From positions 28,029 through 92,028 of the forward strand of contig CARSXK010000001.1 in NCBI GenBank assembly GCA_949065595.1: DNA of 64,000 nt, read 5' to 3'. Shown here piece after piece: positions 1 through 9,755 of this stretch (within the stretch, counting starts at the first letter, position 1; each line of letters opens with the position of its first letter). A program made the translations under genes and the position numbers. This stretch comes from an uncultured Bacilli bacterium. Lineage in GTDB: Bacteria; Bacillota_I; Bacilli_A; RF39; UBA660. Below the pieces are notes generated by a model, which saw nothing but the letters and a program-made list of their open reading frames with translations, had not been told where the DNA came from and did not search any database.

Positions 1-428
1 TCAGTCCCTACGAAGGTTTTCATAGTGGTTCTTACTGCTTCATCAAAAATTTCTTTTTCTGTGACATAAACTGTGATGACGCGATCATCTTTACGTAAAG
101 TAAACTGATATCCTGGTACTGTAAATGCTTCTTTATTGACCAATTTTTTGTATACCTCTTCAATCGAATTCATTTGGTCAGAATAGGTTGTTAATTTTTT
201 AATTTCCAATCCTTCTGGAACATTGACAGATGATACATGATATTTTTCCTTATAAGAAATATTTTGTTTGTTAATATATTTTTCCAACTCTTTTTTGGAA
301 GAGATAACTCCAATCACTTCATCTTTTAAATACACTTTATAAAAAGTATTGGGATCTTGTTTTTGCTTGTAATTGAATCCCAAAAGGAAAATAATTACAC
401 TGATGAAAACAATTACAATTGTAAGCAT
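1..428 (-). CDS. hypothetical membrane-anchored protein, N-terminal part (gene runs off the left edge)
   Basis: Minus-strand ATG at 426-428 (MLTIVIVFISVIIFLLGFNYKQ..., one N-terminal TM helix). The frame stays open to position 1. Directly downstream of dnaB. Not in the ORF track because it is truncated. No family recognised. Confidence 0.5.
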   Translation of the reverse strand, partial: MLTIVIVFISVIIFLLGFNYKQKQDPNTFYKVYLKDEVIGVISSKKELEKYINKQNISYKEKYHVSSVNVPEGLEIKKLTTYSDQMNSIEEVYKKLVNKEAFTVPGYQFTLRKDDRVITVYVTEKEIFDEAVRTTMKTFVGT

Positions 429-448
429 ATTTTTTTTCACATAATCAC

Positions 449-1792
449 CTATTCTTCTTGTTTATCAATAAAATTTACAAAAGTTGCTTTATTTCTTCTG
501 AAAATAAGTTCAATAGTTGTTGTTGGCCCATTACGATGTTTCCCAATAATAAATTCACTTTTACTTGTGTATTCATCGATGGCAGTTTCTTTGTTATAAT
601 AGTCATCACGATATAAAAAGGCTACAATATCGGCATCTTGCTCAATCGAACCAGATTCTCTTAAATCACTTAAGATAGGACGTTTGTCATCCCTACCTTC
701 TACACTACGTGAAAGTTGGGCCAAAGCGATTACAGGAATTTCTAATTCCATGGCCAATGTTTTTAAAGAACGTGATATTTCGGCAATTTCTTGTTGCCGA
801 TTTCCCGCATACTTTGCGCCACCACTAATCAATTGAAGGTAGTCAATGATAACAATATCTAATCCATCATTTGAACTTGCCAAACGGCGACACTTGGCAC
901 GTATTTCAGCAATTGTCATACCTGGTGTATCATCCATAAAAATTTTGGTATCTGCTAAACGACTGATGGCTTCGTTAACACGTTTCCAATCATTATGTTC
1001 TAATCGCCCACTAATCAATTTGTTTAATTCAATTTGACCAACGGATGATAGCATACGTGTTGCAAGTTGTTCAGCGCCCATTTCCATGTTAAATAAAGCG
1101 ACTGTTTTTTTGTTGTTCATAGCGATATTAGTCGCTAAATTCAAAGCAAAAGCTGTTTTTCCCATAGCAGGACGTGCTGCAATAATAATCAGCTCATTGG
1201 GATGGAATCCAGATGTAATTTTATCTAAATCGTAAAAACCTGTTGCAAGTCCTGTAATTTCGCCCCTATTTTGAGAAAGTTTTTCTAAATCAGCTTGTGT
1301 TTTGAATAGTACATCTTGAATGGTTCTAAATTCTGTCCCTTTTCTTGTTTTTACTACATTTAGTATCTTTTTTTCTGCACGATCTAAAATGTCACTAATA
1401 TCCTCTGTTGATTGATATCCATCAGTTGCAATTTCAGTTGCGGAATCAATTAATCTCCTCAATATGGCTTTTTCTTCGACAATTTTAATATATTCATCTA
1501 CATTAGCAGCACTTGGTACCAATGTAGCAATTTCACTTAAATAAGCAACGCCACCAATTTGTTTGAGTTCTTTTCTTTTATCCAATTCAGCTGTTACAGT
1601 TGTAAGATCAATTGCACTTCCAGCTTCCGATAAATGGGATATTACATTGAATATTTTACCATGTGCATCAGAATAGAATTGATCGCTTGTTAGTCCTTCT
1701 ATACATTTTTGTAGTGCATATTTGGATAAGAACATAGATCCTAATACTGATTGTTCTGCAACAAGGTTATGAGGGATAATTTTCTCCATCAT
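449..1792 (-). CDS. dnaB: replicative DNA helicase DnaB
   Basis: 447-aa ORF with N-terminal DnaB domain (LVAEQSVLGSMF), Walker A ARPAMGKT and RecA-like C-terminal domain. Classic DHH-rplI-dnaB order. Confidence 0.95.
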   Translation of the reverse strand: MMEKIIPHNLVAEQSVLGSMFLSKYALQKCIEGLTSDQFYSDAHGKIFNVISHLSEAGSAIDLTTVTAELDKRKELKQIGGVAYLSEIATLVPSAANVDEYIKIVEEKAILRRLIDSATEIATDGYQSTEDISDILDRAEKKILNVVKTRKGTEFRTIQDVLFKTQADLEKLSQNRGEITGLATGFYDLDKITSGFHPNELIIIAARPAMGKTAFALNLATNIAMNNKKTVALFNMEMGAEQLATRMLSSVGQIELNKLISGRLEHNDWKRVNEAISRLADTKIFMDDTPGMTIAEIRAKCRRLASSNDGLDIVIIDYLQLISGGAKYAGNRQQEIAEISRSLKTLAMELEIPVIALAQLSRSVEGRDDKRPILSDLRESGSIEQDADIVAFLYRDDYYNKETAIDEYTSKSEFIIGKHRNGPTTTIELIFRRNKATFVNFIDKQEE

Positions 1793-1797
1793 TCCAC

Positions 1798-2244
1798 CTA
1801 ACTTCCTTTTATTACTTTAATTTTTAATGTAGCTTTCACTTCTTTATGTAATTCAACTTCTACTTGATGCATTCCTAAACTCATAATTGGATGATCCATC
1901 ATTATTTTCGTTTTATCAATTTGATATCCTAAATTTTGTAGTTCTTTTTGAATTTGTTTGGTTGAAATTTGTCCAAACATTCTATCTTGCTCTCCTGTTT
2001 GGGCAGTAAATACAATTGTCTGTTTTTCTAGTTCTTTTTTAAAATCTTTCATATCTTTTATGCGCAATGATTCTTCTAATGCTGCTTCTGATAAAGTACG
2101 ACTTAATTTATTTATATTTGTTTGTGTGGCAGGTACAGCAAATCCTTTTTTGACTAAAAAATTCATAGCATATCCATCTGCTACCTCTTTGATTTCGTCC
2201 TTTTTTCCTTGCCCTTTGACATCTTTTATAAAAATTACTTTCAT
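1798..2244 (-). CDS. rplI: 50S ribosomal protein L9
   Basis: 148 aa with [21 protein letters not shown] signature, immediately upstream of dnaB. Confidence 0.95.
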   Translation of the reverse strand: MKVIFIKDVKGQGKKDEIKEVADGYAMNFLVKKGFAVPATQTNINKLSRTLSEAALEESLRIKDMKDFKKELEKQTIVFTAQTGEQDRMFGQISTKQIQKELQNLGYQIDKTKIMMDHPIMSLGMHQVEVELHKEVKATLKIKVIKGS

Positions 2245-2248
2245 TTCA

Positions 2249-3220
2249 TCACCTATATTCTTTTAATCGTTTTAATAACATCTTTTTTACTTTATATAAA
2301 TTCCCTGATTTGATAGTACATGCAGCATCTGTTTTGTGTCCACCGCCACCCAAAGCCCTCATGTACACTTCTACATCTATTTTACCAACAGATCTGGCAC
2401 TGATTCCAACCAATCGTTTTCCAATAAAACCAATCGCAAATGCTGCTTCAACTGTATCAAATTGAAGTAAATTTTCAGCAATCAAAGCAAGTTCATAGTT
2501 TGAATGAATGTGATGGTCCATAACGCAAAGCGCCATAGTATCATTTATCATGTCACTATTTTTAATAAAATCTTGTCTTACAACATAGCTCTCTTTGTTT
2601 TCTTTTAGTAATTGTTGTTTTTCTATGTTATCAGCACCTAATGTCATTAGGTAAGCAGCTGTTTCATAAGTCTTATTCGTTGTTTTAATATTAAAGTTGT
2701 TGGTATCAATTGTAAGCCCTGCTAAAAGAATGGTTGCAACAGTATTTGGAATCGATTTGTTTGTTTCTTTTAAATATGTCGTTATCATTTCTGCAGTACT
2801 AGACACATCATTGTCAATATATTTGACAAGGGCATTGTTAATGGTATTTTCACTCTCGATATGATGGTCGATTACAATATAATCACAAAATTTATCAATT
2901 ATGTTAGGATATTCTAATAATTCTTTTTTATTGGTATCTAATATGATAACCAAACTATTCTTTGTATTATCTAGTTTTTCTTTTGTAATGTATTCGATTG
3001 AAATTCCCTTTTCAATTAACAGTTGCATACTTTTTTGAATCGACATATTTTTTTGAATATCATCCATTAAGATAACTGCCTTTTTTCCATAGGAGGTGAT
3101 GATATGATACATACATAAGGCAGATCCAAATGCATCCAAGTCAATGGACTTATGTGCAAGAAGAATGACCTCATCATGTTGTTCAATTTGTTTTGTAATT
3201 TGTTCATGTATTTTGTGCAT
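2249..3220 (-). CDS. DHH/DHHA1 family phosphoesterase (stand-alone GdpP/NrnA-like catalytic module)
   Basis: DLDAFGS, VIDHH and GGGH motifs. Occupies the gdpP (yybT) position upstream of rplI but lacks the TM/PAS/GGDEF part. ATG at 3220 preceded by GAGGTGG is preferred over the TTG at 3232 used by the ORF track. Confidence 0.8.
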   Translation of the reverse strand: MHKIHEQITKQIEQHDEVILLAHKSIDLDAFGSALCMYHIITSYGKKAVILMDDIQKNMSIQKSMQLLIEKGISIEYITKEKLDNTKNSLVIILDTNKKELLEYPNIIDKFCDYIVIDHHIESENTINNALVKYIDNDVSSTAEMITTYLKETNKSIPNTVATILLAGLTIDTNNFNIKTTNKTYETAAYLMTLGADNIEKQQLLKENKESYVVRQDFIKNSDMINDTMALCVMDHHIHSNYELALIAENLLQFDTVEAAFAIGFIGKRLVGISARSVGKIDVEVYMRALGGGGHKTDAACTIKSGNLYKVKKMLLKRLKEYR

Positions 3221-3311
3221 AATCCACCTCAATCAACATTATACTATAAATTTGTCTACTTGTCTAAAGTTCAATTATATTTTTATATATTATACTTTTT
3301 TATTTTATGTA

Positions 3312-3342
3312 CAAGAAAAAACTTATGTTTTTTCACATAAGT
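3312..3342 (-). terminator. intrinsic terminator after the lipoprotein gene
   Basis: 8-bp stem AACTTATG/CATAAGTT (3320-3342), followed on the minus strand by a U-run (plus-strand A-run 3314-3320). Confidence 0.6.
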
Positions 3343-3372
3343 TACTCTTTCATAGATTTAATGTTTACCCTT

Positions 3373-3795
3373 TTATTTACAAGTGTATCCTTCTTCTTTT
3401 AATTCTGATTGAAAATCTTCTTTACTCATAGATTCTTTTTCAAACATATCTTTTATATTTTCTGAAGACATTTTACTGAAATCAAATGTAATTTTTGTAG
3501 TTAACGTTAAATCTTTTTTATTGATTGTTCCCTCTACACCATTCATAGCGTTTGACATTCCTACTGCTAATTGAGCCATTGCATAATCTTCTTCAAGATC
3601 TTCAGCTGTTTCATATGTAGCAGTTGATTCTTGTACCATTTTTTTCAAAGTCCCTTTTTCAAAAGTTCCAATAATAGTTTCAGTACTATTTCCATTTTTC
3701 ATGGTACATTTCAATTCTTCTTTAGCGCTAGAACCACAACCAGTCATTCCAACTAATAAAATTCCGCAAATAACAGCCACTATTACTTTTTTCAC
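3373..3795 (-). CDS. putative lipoprotein (possibly DUF1307/YehR-like)
   Basis: GTG start with GGGAGGTG RBS. Signal peptide plus lipobox LLVGMTGC. 140 aa. The family assignment comes only from size and architecture. Confidence 0.6.
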   Translation of the reverse strand: MKKVIVAVICGILLVGMTGCGSSAKEELKCTMKNGNSTETIIGTFEKGTLKKMVQESTATYETAEDLEEDYAMAQLAVGMSNAMNGVEGTINKKDLTLTTKITFDFSKMSSENIKDMFEKESMSKEDFQSELKEEGYTCK

Positions 3796-3869
3796 TTATT
3801 TCACCTCCCACCACATAAATCATAAAATGTTTTATAATTACATTTTAATGCAACTATATTGTACCATAT

Positions 3870-5282
3870 TTACATTCTTTTTGCAATAAAATTTCTAGCA
3901 TTTTGTCCATTCACATTTGTATTATTAGCACCATTCATACTAGAATCTGATAATCCTGTTTTATGTTTTAATAACTGATCTATTTTCTGTAAATTCTCCA
4001 TTTTTACTTCTGTATCTTTTTCATAAGTATGTCTTGCATTCACATTACGATATTTACTATACATCAATATAAAATAAATGATACCTGATAACAAAAAGAT
4101 CCAGTCGTATTCGAAATCTACGTATAATACTGTAATTAATCCTATCAATTCTACTAAAAAAGAAATCATAACTAATTTTGGCATATGAATTGGAATACTT
4201 CCCATTGTTTCCTTGGTCCTAGCATTTACTGCAACATAATGTAATACTTTTTTATTACCACTTACTTGTTGATAACTATATAACCATACTGGTAAATATG
4301 CCGCTTTCCATTGCTCACCTTTTATTTCAAATTGTTCTTGTTGCCAAGCAACTCCACGATCATATTCCTTTAAAGTATTATTGGTAGATATTCGTGCAAT
4401 ATCTTTTGATTGTATACTAACAGTTTCTTTTAATTCATCAATATTAGTATCACGTCTTTCAGAAGTATATCCTTTTAAATAATTGGCATTATATCTGACA
4501 CAATTTTCAATATCAAATGGCATAATAGCATTGATAATATTGTTTGTTTGGTTTGAAGAATTTTTCAATCGTTCAGAATTGGATTCAATGGTTAACCCAT
4601 AAATGGCAATATCAAATTCACGTCCTACTTCATATAAATCCGCATCATAATAGGTTTTTGCACGCTCTCCAGTACCACGTGTATATTCTCTTACTAAATG
4701 CTCACCTTTTCCATAAAATTTTGCATGGGCATTGATATCTACAACCATATAGGGAAAATATACTCCCATTATATTTTCAGTTGTAAATTCTTGTTTAAAT
4801 TTAGGATGGGCAAAAAATTTACGTTTTCCGACAAAATTTGCAATTTGAATCTTCGCAGCATCTTTGGTAATTTGAAAAGGTAATACTGCATCTGGAATAC
4901 TACCATTAGGAATTTGTTGGTTGACAGACAATATATTTCTACACCAGTGGCACTTTGCTTGCGAAGAAGAAGCAGTATCAATCACAACTTCTGCACCACA
5001 ACTACTACACTTAAAGGTCACCACATCATTGCTAGACGCAACAATATTTTGGGCACCAGAACCAATCACTTGTCCATGTAACTGACTAATATCTGTTGCC
5101 ATTCCAGTTAGTTTGTTAGGAGAAAATTCATGTCTACAATAATTACATCTTAAAAGGCCATTGTTTGAATTTAGCGAAATATCTGTTGCCCCACATTTTG
5201 GGCATTTATCTTGACCATCTTTTGATTCCACATCCGTTTGAACTACTCTAGTTGTTTTAGATAACATGTTGTTTTCTTCCAT
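3870..5282 (-). CDS. double zinc-ribbon membrane protein (YdjG-like)
   Basis: Two CxxC...CxxC ribbons (CPKCGATD..CNYCRHEF; CSSCGAEV..CHWCRNIL), a long central domain and two C-terminal TM helices. ATG at 5282 lies 4 nt after the stop of the upstream SPFH gene. The ORF-track start at 5321 would overlap that gene. Confidence 0.65.
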   Translation of the reverse strand: MEENNMLSKTTRVVQTDVESKDGQDKCPKCGATDISLNSNNGLLRCNYCRHEFSPNKLTGMATDISQLHGQVIGSGAQNIVASSNDVVTFKCSSCGAEVVIDTASSSQAKCHWCRNILSVNQQIPNGSIPDAVLPFQITKDAAKIQIANFVGKRKFFAHPKFKQEFTTENIMGVYFPYMVVDINAHAKFYGKGEHLVREYTRGTGERAKTYYDADLYEVGREFDIAIYGLTIESNSERLKNSSNQTNNIINAIMPFDIENCVRYNANYLKGYTSERRDTNIDELKETVSIQSKDIARISTNNTLKEYDRGVAWQQEQFEIKGEQWKAAYLPVWLYSYQQVSGNKKVLHYVAVNARTKETMGSIPIHMPKLVMISFLVELIGLITVLYVDFEYDWIFLLSGIIYFILMYSKYRNVNARHTYEKDTEVKMENLQKIDQLLKHKTGLSDSSMNGANNTNVNGQNARNFIAKRM

Positions 5283-5286
5283 GATA

Positions 5287-6507
5287 CTACAACCCCAGCA
5301 ATTTGGATTTGAGTGCATCAAAGTCTTCTTGTGTAATTATACCTGCATCTAATAATTTTTTGGCTTCTGCCAATTTTGCATAGGAATCTTCTTTATCAGA
5401 CTGTTGGCTGACAGGTTGCTCTTCTGGTGTTTGTTGAGATGCTTGTCCAAAGTTTGGTTGATAACTATTTCCCGCATTTGGTTGTTGCATTGCACCCATC
5501 ATATTTCCAGAAGCATTCATACCCATTCCCATGAAAGCCATACCAGAGCCACCGCCATTTTCGCCAGCTGCTTGCATTCCTCTTGCAACAGATTGTTGCA
5601 TAAAGCTATTTCCTCTCGCACCAGATAAGGCATCAGCTTTTTTCACATCTTTCATAAGGACTTTGGTATCTTCGTCATATTCAATTGCCAAAATAGCGGT
5701 TTTTATAATTTCTAGACCTCTGTCACTTTTCCATTGATATGCTTCTTCCACTGCTTGTGATAATGCTTGAGCAAAACCAATTTGATCTGCTTGAATTTTA
5801 GAAATACGGTTTCCTTTACTAGGATCATTTGTATAATTTGAAAAGGCAGCAGATAATGTACTTACAACCTCATTGAAAAGTTGTGCTCCAGCATCATTAT
5901 CCATATCAGCAAAATCAAACACAGGTGCTCCTGGTTGTAAATATTTTGCTGGAACAAAATTTTTGATGAATAAAAGTGGATCTGTTATTTTTAGAGTATA
6001 AGTTCCTCTTGTTACAGCTCCTACTTGTGTTCCAAAATAGGCATCATCCCAATATATTTCAGATTGTGTTCCAAACCGGTTGTTTGGAATTTCTTTTAAG
6101 TTTACATAAAATGCAAGTTGTTGACCTCCTGGTTGTCCACCAAATTTAAAGCGGTCCCATGATGTTTTAATAGTTGATGCTAAAATCCCATCCCCACTAA
6201 ACATCGATCTTGAATTTGGATCATCACTTCTAAATTCAAAACCTCCTGGTTCTGCAATCAATCCAGTAATCGCACCATCTTGAATTGTAATAAGCGCTGT
6301 TCCCTCTGGCACAATTATTTTACTTCCATTGGTGATTATATTTTCTGAACCTTTGGTATTTTCACCACGACCAGCATTTGTTCCTTGTGGTACTGCTTGA
6401 AATAAGGCAGCTGTTCCTGAAACATTTGGTTTAGGTCCATAAAAATCTTTCCATTGATCCGCAAAAGTTCCACCGATTGCCCCTGCGAATGCTTTAATAA
6501 ATCCCAT
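5287..6507 (-). CDS. SPFH-like protein of the YdjI / virion-core-protein-like family (COG4260) with C-terminal SHOCT motif
   Basis: The N-terminus MGFIKAFAGAIGGTFADQWKDF..NIITNGSKIIVPEG is the hallmark of YdjI-type proteins. There is a Gly/Met/Gln-rich linker, and the C-terminus KLAEAKKLLDAGIITQEDFDALKSKLLGL matches SHOCT. Confidence 0.8.
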   Translation of the reverse strand: MGFIKAFAGAIGGTFADQWKDFYGPKPNVSGTAALFQAVPQGTNAGRGENTKGSENIITNGSKIIVPEGTALITIQDGAITGLIAEPGGFEFRSDDPNSRSMFSGDGILASTIKTSWDRFKFGGQPGGQQLAFYVNLKEIPNNRFGTQSEIYWDDAYFGTQVGAVTRGTYTLKITDPLLFIKNFVPAKYLQPGAPVFDFADMDNDAGAQLFNEVVSTLSAAFSNYTNDPSKGNRISKIQADQIGFAQALSQAVEEAYQWKSDRGLEIIKTAILAIEYDEDTKVLMKDVKKADALSGARGNSFMQQSVARGMQAAGENGGGSGMAFMGMGMNASGNMMGAMQQPNAGNSYQPNFGQASQQTPEEQPVSQQSDKEDSYAKLAEAKKLLDAGIITQEDFDALKSKLLGL

Positions 6508-6610
6508 ATTTTACCTCCATATAATATTTTACGAATATTGGTATTACACAATTTTTATATCAGTTATATTATTTGTTTTCATCACCTCGTTTTATAATAT
6601 ATACTATATA

Positions 6611-6625
6611 TACAATTTAATTGTA
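6611..6625. promoter_or_regulatory. candidate operator palindrome in the divergent XRE / SPFH-operon intergenic region
   Basis: Perfect 15-bp palindrome TACAATTTAATTGTA, followed by inverted repeat AGAATA-CTTC-TATTCT (6626-6641). Function is inferred from position only. Confidence 0.25.
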
Positions 6626-6775
6626 GAATACTTCTATTCTTGCTTTATTATAACATACTTTTATTTTATTTATGTATTATTTTTACATGTTTAATTATAT
6701 TTTTTCATTTTTGTGTACTAATACTAAAATAAATTTCCTGATATTCTATAGGATAATAATTATAGTGGTGATAAA

Positions 6776-7225
6776 ATGGAATTTAAAAAAGATGATGAAA
6801 ATTATATTTATAATGTAATTGGTCGGAATGTAAAAAAATATAGAAAAGAGAAACATTTGACACAAAGTGAATTGGCGGAACAAATCGATTATTCGCTGTC
6901 ATTTATTGCTAGTATTGAAAGTAAAAAGAAGCATCAAACTTTTTCGCTTGGAGCGTTATGGAGAATTGCCTCTGTATTAGGTGTCGATATGTATAAATTT
7001 TGTATCGATGATTCTACACAAATGGAGGAAAAACTAAAATATGTAAAATATAAATGTAATAAATGTTCTTATGAGACTGATATTCCATATGAATTACTAG
7101 AATTGTTGACAAAAGCCAATGAAATCTATACACATAATCAAAAAAATTCACCATTATTTCAATGTGCCAATTGTGATGGACATATTATCCCAATTCAAAG
7201 TATTCAAAAAAAATCTCAACTATAG
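6776..7225 (+). CDS. XRE-family HTH transcriptional regulator with C-terminal zinc ribbon
   Basis: HTH_3 signature (LTQSELAEQIDYSLSFIASIE) plus YKCNKCSYE...FQCANCDGH. Divergent from the SPFH/zinc-ribbon operon. Confidence 0.8.
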   Translation: MEFKKDDENYIYNVIGRNVKKYRKEKHLTQSELAEQIDYSLSFIASIESKKKHQTFSLGALWRIASVLGVDMYKFCIDDSTQMEEKLKYVKYKCNKCSYETDIPYELLELLTKANEIYTHNQKNSPLFQCANCDGHIIPIQSIQKKSQL

Positions 7226-7234
7226 TTGGGATTC

Positions 7235-7294
7235 CAGATTGTTGACAAAGTGGTATATTCAAAATGAATCTACTGCTTTTTTAGTGATCATTTT
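7235..7294 (+). mobile_element. solo remnant of an IS1182-type element end
   Basis: 60 nt (CAGATTGTTGACAAAGTGGTATATTCAAAATGAATCTACTGCTTTTTTAGTGATCATTTT) match 20660-20719 with 3 mismatches. That stretch is the terminal inverted repeat plus the untranslated tail of the degenerate IS at 20.7-23.0 kb. Confidence 0.8.
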
Positions 7295-7320
7295 AAACAA
7301 AAAAAGGAGGCATTGCCTCC
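7295..7320 (-). terminator. intrinsic terminator for the 7354..7761 gene
   Basis: GGAGGC-ATT-GCCTCC hairpin (7306-7320), followed on the minus strand by a U-run (plus-strand AAACAAAAAAA). Confidence 0.6.
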
Positions 7321-7353
7321 ATTTACAAATAACAAGTGATAAATTTTTATCAA

Positions 7354-7761
7354 CTATAGATTTCTTCCTTTTTCCACTTCATGACTCTTATATCGTTCCA
7401 TCATTCCTGTATATAATTGATCATACTCTGCTTTTTGATTTTCATAATTTAATCTTGCACTATTCCAATCCATAAAATCTACACTATATCCAATTACAGG
7501 TTTTACATACTGTGGTCCCATTCCAATGAGTCTATTTACCATTTCATCATCTGTTTTTCCATACAACTCTAATCCTTCAGTCCTTACGATATCACTCATT
7601 AAAGTTTCAGAAGAATTAGTAATATCAGATACGGAAGCCATATTGGATGCGGCTGTAATCACTGCGGCAATTACATTTGGCTGCGATAAATTTACATCGG
7701 AATTTTTAATAAAAATACTCTCTAATAATTTTTTTAGTTCCATATCTCTTTCTATATCCAT
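7354..7761 (-). CDS. hypothetical protein (135 aa)
   Basis: ORF with GGTGGTGA RBS and its own terminator. No recognisable domain. Confidence 0.55.
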   Translation of the reverse strand: MDIERDMELKKLLESIFIKNSDVNLSQPNVIAAVITAASNMASVSDITNSSETLMSDIVRTEGLELYGKTDDEMVNRLIGMGPQYVKPVIGYSVDFMDWNSARLNYENQKAEYDQLYTGMMERYKSHEVEKGRNL

Positions 7762-7853
7762 TATTTCACCACCTTCTAACTATACTATAGCAAAAATTTT
7801 ATGGTATGAAAAGAGATTTGACAATACTTTACATTATATATGACAAATATTTT

Positions 7854-8771
7854 TTATCGTTTTAATTTCATTGCCAATTCATTTATTTTTTTTAATCGAT
7901 GATGTAGGCCTGATTTGGTAATCGAGTTTCCTGTTTCCATACTGATGATTTCACTTAATTCAGCTAACGATGCCTCTGGATATTTTTTACGGTAAATTGC
8001 AGCTTCCTTGGTTTTTTCGTCTAAAAGACTTAACAATTCCATTTTTTCTATTGCTTCAATATCCTTTATTTGCGCTGTTGCTGTTTCAATGATTTTATCA
8101 ACATTGGCTTGTTCACAATTATTAAGCCGATTGGTCATATTTTTATGATCTCTATAAATACGAATATCTTCATAATAGAATAAAGCATTATTGGCTCTCA
8201 TAATCCGCAGAAAATCTCCTATTTTTTCTGCTTCTTTCATATAAACCATATATTTATTATCCCTTTTTAGGACTTTACTATTCAATTCAAAATTATTTAA
8301 TAATTTTGAAATAAATTTTGCATATTCCATATTATCTACTAAAAATTCTAAATGGTATCGTGATTTTTTAGGGTCATTAATACTTCCTGTACTTAAAAAA
8401 AGACCTCTTAAATATGATTGTATTAAATTTTCATCACTATATATATATTCTTTTGGAATATTAGATTCACTTGATAATTGGTATGACAAATCTTCTAAAA
8501 TAGAGGTAACTTTATATTTGATCACTAAAATATAAATATAATTTTTGTTAAAATTATACCCACGTCTTACGATCACACTAGGTTGAATATGATAGCTATC
8601 TTTTAATAACGAATAAATTCTTCTTGCAACCGATGCATTTTCAGTTGAAATCTGAATGGCATCATTTACTGTACCAATGTTTCTTATAATTGCAGATAAT
8701 TCTGTTATATTTTCGGATTCTATTGTTTGCAATTTACTTACTTCATTTTTAACAATACTTGTAAATGACAT
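7854..8771 (-). CDS. whiA: DNA-binding protein WhiA
   Basis: 305 aa with MSFTSIVKNE start, degenerate LAGLIDADG-like core and C-terminal HTH (SITKSGLHHRLKKI). yvcK-whiA synteny. Confidence 0.9.
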   Translation of the reverse strand: MSFTSIVKNEVSKLQTIESENITELSAIIRNIGTVNDAIQISTENASVARRIYSLLKDSYHIQPSVIVRRGYNFNKNYIYILVIKYKVTSILEDLSYQLSSESNIPKEYIYSDENLIQSYLRGLFLSTGSINDPKKSRYHLEFLVDNMEYAKFISKLLNNFELNSKVLKRDNKYMVYMKEAEKIGDFLRIMRANNALFYYEDIRIYRDHKNMTNRLNNCEQANVDKIIETATAQIKDIEAIEKMELLSLLDEKTKEAAIYRKKYPEASLAELSEIISMETGNSITKSGLHHRLKKINELAMKLKR

Positions 8772-8781
8772 AATTCACCTT

Positions 8782-9729
8782 CTATCTAATTAAATAAGAA
8801 AAAACATCCACGGATAATTGATTGGTATTATGCCTTATAATATTATTTTCTATTGTAACATATTGATTTTGAATAACCTCAAGGTCCATTTTTTGTAATT
8901 CCTTATTATCTAGTATGACTTGATCTTTTTGTTCTAATGTTTCATATCTTTTTTTAATGTGATCGTCTATTTTTTGATTATTTGCTAAAACAACATCGAC
9001 TTTTCGTTTTCCTAAATATTGATTTAATACTTTAACATGATCACTTACCTTATAATGATCTGTTTCGCCTGGTTGTGTCATCATATTACAAATATACATA
9101 ATTTTAGCATTACTCTTTTCCATTGCTTCTACAATTCCTTTACATATTAAATTGGGAAGAATACTGGTGTATAGACTACCCATACTTAAAATAATCAAAC
9201 TGGAGCTTTCTATTGCATGGATGACTTCTTTGGTTGCAACTGCTTCTTTTTCATATGTAATCGATTCTATCTTTAGATTACTTTCTGTAATATTATGTTC
9301 TCCTATCACTTTTGATCCATCTTCCATAAGACCAATTAATGTTACTTTATCTTCAGTTAATGGGAGTACTCTCCCCTTTAGATTCAACAATTTAGAGAAG
9401 GATTCCATTCCAGCAGATACGTTTCCTGTAATATTAGACATTGCTGTTAATAATAAATTACCGACTGTATGGCCATTCAAATCACTCGTTGTTTCAAATC
9501 GATAATTTAATACTTGCTCTACCAATGGCTCCGTTTCTGCTAAAGAAATCAATACTCTACGTAAATCTCCTACAGCAATGATATCAAACTCTTTTCTTAA
9601 TCTTCCTGTACTTTTGCCATCATCACACACAGAAACAATTGCTGTTATATCAATTGGAAATTGTTTCAATCCTTTTAGTAAAGTGGACATTCCTGTTCCA
9701 CCACCTAATACTACAACATTATGATGCAT
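8782..9729 (-). CDS. yvcK: YvcK/CofD-like gluconeogenesis factor (UPF0052)
   Basis: VVVLGGGTGMSTLLKGLK N-terminus, upstream of whiA. ATG at 9729 follows AAGGTGG; the track start at 9738 is the GTG inside that RBS. Confidence 0.9.
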   Translation of the reverse strand: MHHNVVVLGGGTGMSTLLKGLKQFPIDITAIVSVCDDGKSTGRLRKEFDIIAVGDLRRVLISLAETEPLVEQVLNYRFETTSDLNGHTVGNLLLTAMSNITGNVSAGMESFSKLLNLKGRVLPLTEDKVTLIGLMEDGSKVIGEHNITESNLKIESITYEKEAVATKEVIHAIESSSLIILSMGSLYTSILPNLICKGIVEAMEKSNAKIMYICNMMTQPGETDHYKVSDHVKVLNQYLGKRKVDVVLANNQKIDDHIKKRYETLEQKDQVILDNKELQKMDLEVIQNQYVTIENNIIRHNTNQLSVDVFSYLIR

Positions 9730-9755
9730 ATTTACCACCTTATCTATAATTTATT

